NCBI RefSeq assembly: GCF_030684315.1
Contig: NC_081383.1
Coordinates: 43,849,912-43,913,911, forward strand
Direction of reading: 5' to 3'
DNA: 64,000 nt
DNA from: Stegostoma tigrinum
Lineage: Eukaryota
A program made the translations under genes and the position numbers. Shown one piece after another: positions 62,560 to 64,000 of the stretch. Each line of letters begins with the position of its first letter. Position 1 is the first letter of the stretch. The notes beneath the pieces were generated by a model. That model was not told the DNA's origin. It saw nothing but the letters and a program-made list of their open reading frames with translations, and made no database searches.

Positions 62560-63750
62560 ACAAATGTCAATGTTTTGTGTTCTCAAATGTCATCTTTCCT
62601 TAATAAATACATGATCATGATCCCTGATTAATCCATATCCCAAAGTACAGATCTATTCTGTCCCTAAGAATTCTTTCTGATAATTTTCCACCTCCAAGGT
62701 TTGCGTGACTGATCTATAATTTCATGGTCTATCCCTTCCTCCTTTTATTTAATAACGGGACAATTTTCAGTCCTCCATTCCTCTGACACCTCACCAGTGG
62801 TGAGAGAGGATCTGAAAATTGCTACCAGTGCTCCTGACATCTCTTCCTTTACCTTCAATAATCTGGATTCATCTCATCTAAGCTATTGAATTTATCCAGT
62901 TTTAAGACTGCTGAGCGTATAGTACCTCCTCTGCCTCTCTCTTTCTTTCTGTCTCTGCGTGTTCGTCTGTCTGTGTGTCTCTCTTGTTCCCACTGCCTCC
63001 CTCTCTTTCTGTCTGTGTGTCTCTCTTGTTCCCACTGCCTCCCTCTCTTTCTGTCTGTTCATCCTGCTCCCTGTTCTGTGTGTCTCTTTTTGTTTTGTAA
63101 AATTTCACAGTCCTCCATACCCTCGTGACTATACCTGCATTATCCTTTTCCACTATGAGGACTGTAGACTCATCATTTGAGGATGGTTCCCACATCTTCT
63201 GGAACACGTTTATAGATACCATAGCGGTACTATTTTTTAAGAAAACCCCGTAAGATTTTCTTTTATTACTCCACCAGTGCTTTTTCACTTATACTCTTAG
63301 TTCTCCTAATTTCAAACTCCCTTTTGTATTCTTCTAGGGATTGCAGCATTGATCCCTCAGTGCCTGTCGTAAGATTCTCCTTTTTTCCCCTTAATCCTAC
63401 ATTTTATTTTGTCTCTTAATGTCCAAGATATCTGGTCATGATCCCAGCATTTACCTTCATGGGGACATATTTATCCTGTACCCTTGTTTCCTTGTTGAAT
63501 GTTCTGATACAGCTTTATCTAAGGAGCTGTTCCCAGTCCAAATGAGCAAATCTTATTGTAGTAAAATTATTCTTTCTCCTCTTTTTAGAGCTTTTAATCT
63601 CAGTCCACCCTTCTCTTTTCCTGCAACTCTCCTAAATGTCTCTAAAATGCTCCCATATTTAGACACTTGCCAGCTCCTTACATGAACATGTATTCCAGTT
63701 CGCCTGATTGAACTTTTTTTTCCACTGCCTTCCGGACTCTCTGTCAGGCA
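62560..63750 (-). mobile_element. Old CR1 ORF2 fragments
   Basis: Degenerate minus-strand GVRGME..NCPVIK and PDY remnants. Confidence 0.5.
62967..63057. repeat. 42-bp tandem repeat (about 2.2 copies) in a CT/GT-rich tract
   Basis: Unit CTGTCTGTGTGTCTCTCTTGTTCCCACTGCCTCCCTCTCTTT is duplicated; visible as a 14-aa repeat in the ORF track. Confidence 0.85.
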
Positions 63751-63764
63751 TTTTAATTTAGAGT

Positions 63765-64000
63765 CAGGCTTGTACAGTATAGTTAACAGACCCTTTGGTC
63801 CAACTCATCCATGCTGATGAGCTTTCCTAAATTAATCTAGTCCCATTTGCCAGCTTTTGGCCCATATCCCTCTAAACCCTTCTTATTCATGCACCCATCT
63901 AGATGTCTTTTAAATGTTGTAATTGTACCAGCCTCTACCCCTTCCTGTGGCAGCTCACTGCATATACATACCACCGTCTGCATGAAAAAGTTGTCCCTTA
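63765..64000 (-). mobile_element. CR1 3' end, truncated by the window
   Basis: Reverse complement of the CR1 3'UTR and ORF2 end (EAGTITTFKRHLDG). Confidence 0.85.

Noticed and set aside
62886-63288. ORFs with a 14-aa repeat
   Set aside because: Translations of a 42-bp tandem duplication in low-complexity DNA; not a gene or CRISPR array.

Overview
Vertebrate genomic DNA. The repeats (HE1-type SINEs, CR1/HER1-type LINEs, Penelope pieces) point to a cartilaginous fish, probably a shark; this is inference. Most of the window is transposon debris around a few genes. (1) Coding exons 2-6 of a + strand TMEM38/TRIC cation channel gene closest in sequence to TMEM38A (8931-16010); exon 1 was not found in the window. 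(2) A + strand, divergent ZNF462-like C2H2 zinc-finger gene: candidate CCAAT/GC-box promoter and non-coding exon near 29.9-30.1 kb, a first coding exon at 51046-51238 and a 3.25 kb exon at 53108-56361, giving 1148 aa if it stops there. (3) A candidate terminal exon of an unidentified convergent - strand gene (59059-59270). Repeats include a near full-length CR1 (ORF1 zinc finger + SGNH esterase, ORF2 APE-RT), many CR1 fragments, an RTE fragment, a fossil Harbinger transposon, an internally deleted Ty3/Gypsy element with both LTRs in a TMEM38 intron, and Penelope-like elements carrying about ten hammerhead ribozyme motifs. There is a 196-N gap at 36944-37139. The most interesting signal is a TMEM38A-like gene next to a ZNF462-like gene, an order known for TMEM38B-ZNF462, which suggests a retained paralogous block. 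Protein family matches are from recall, not from database searches.
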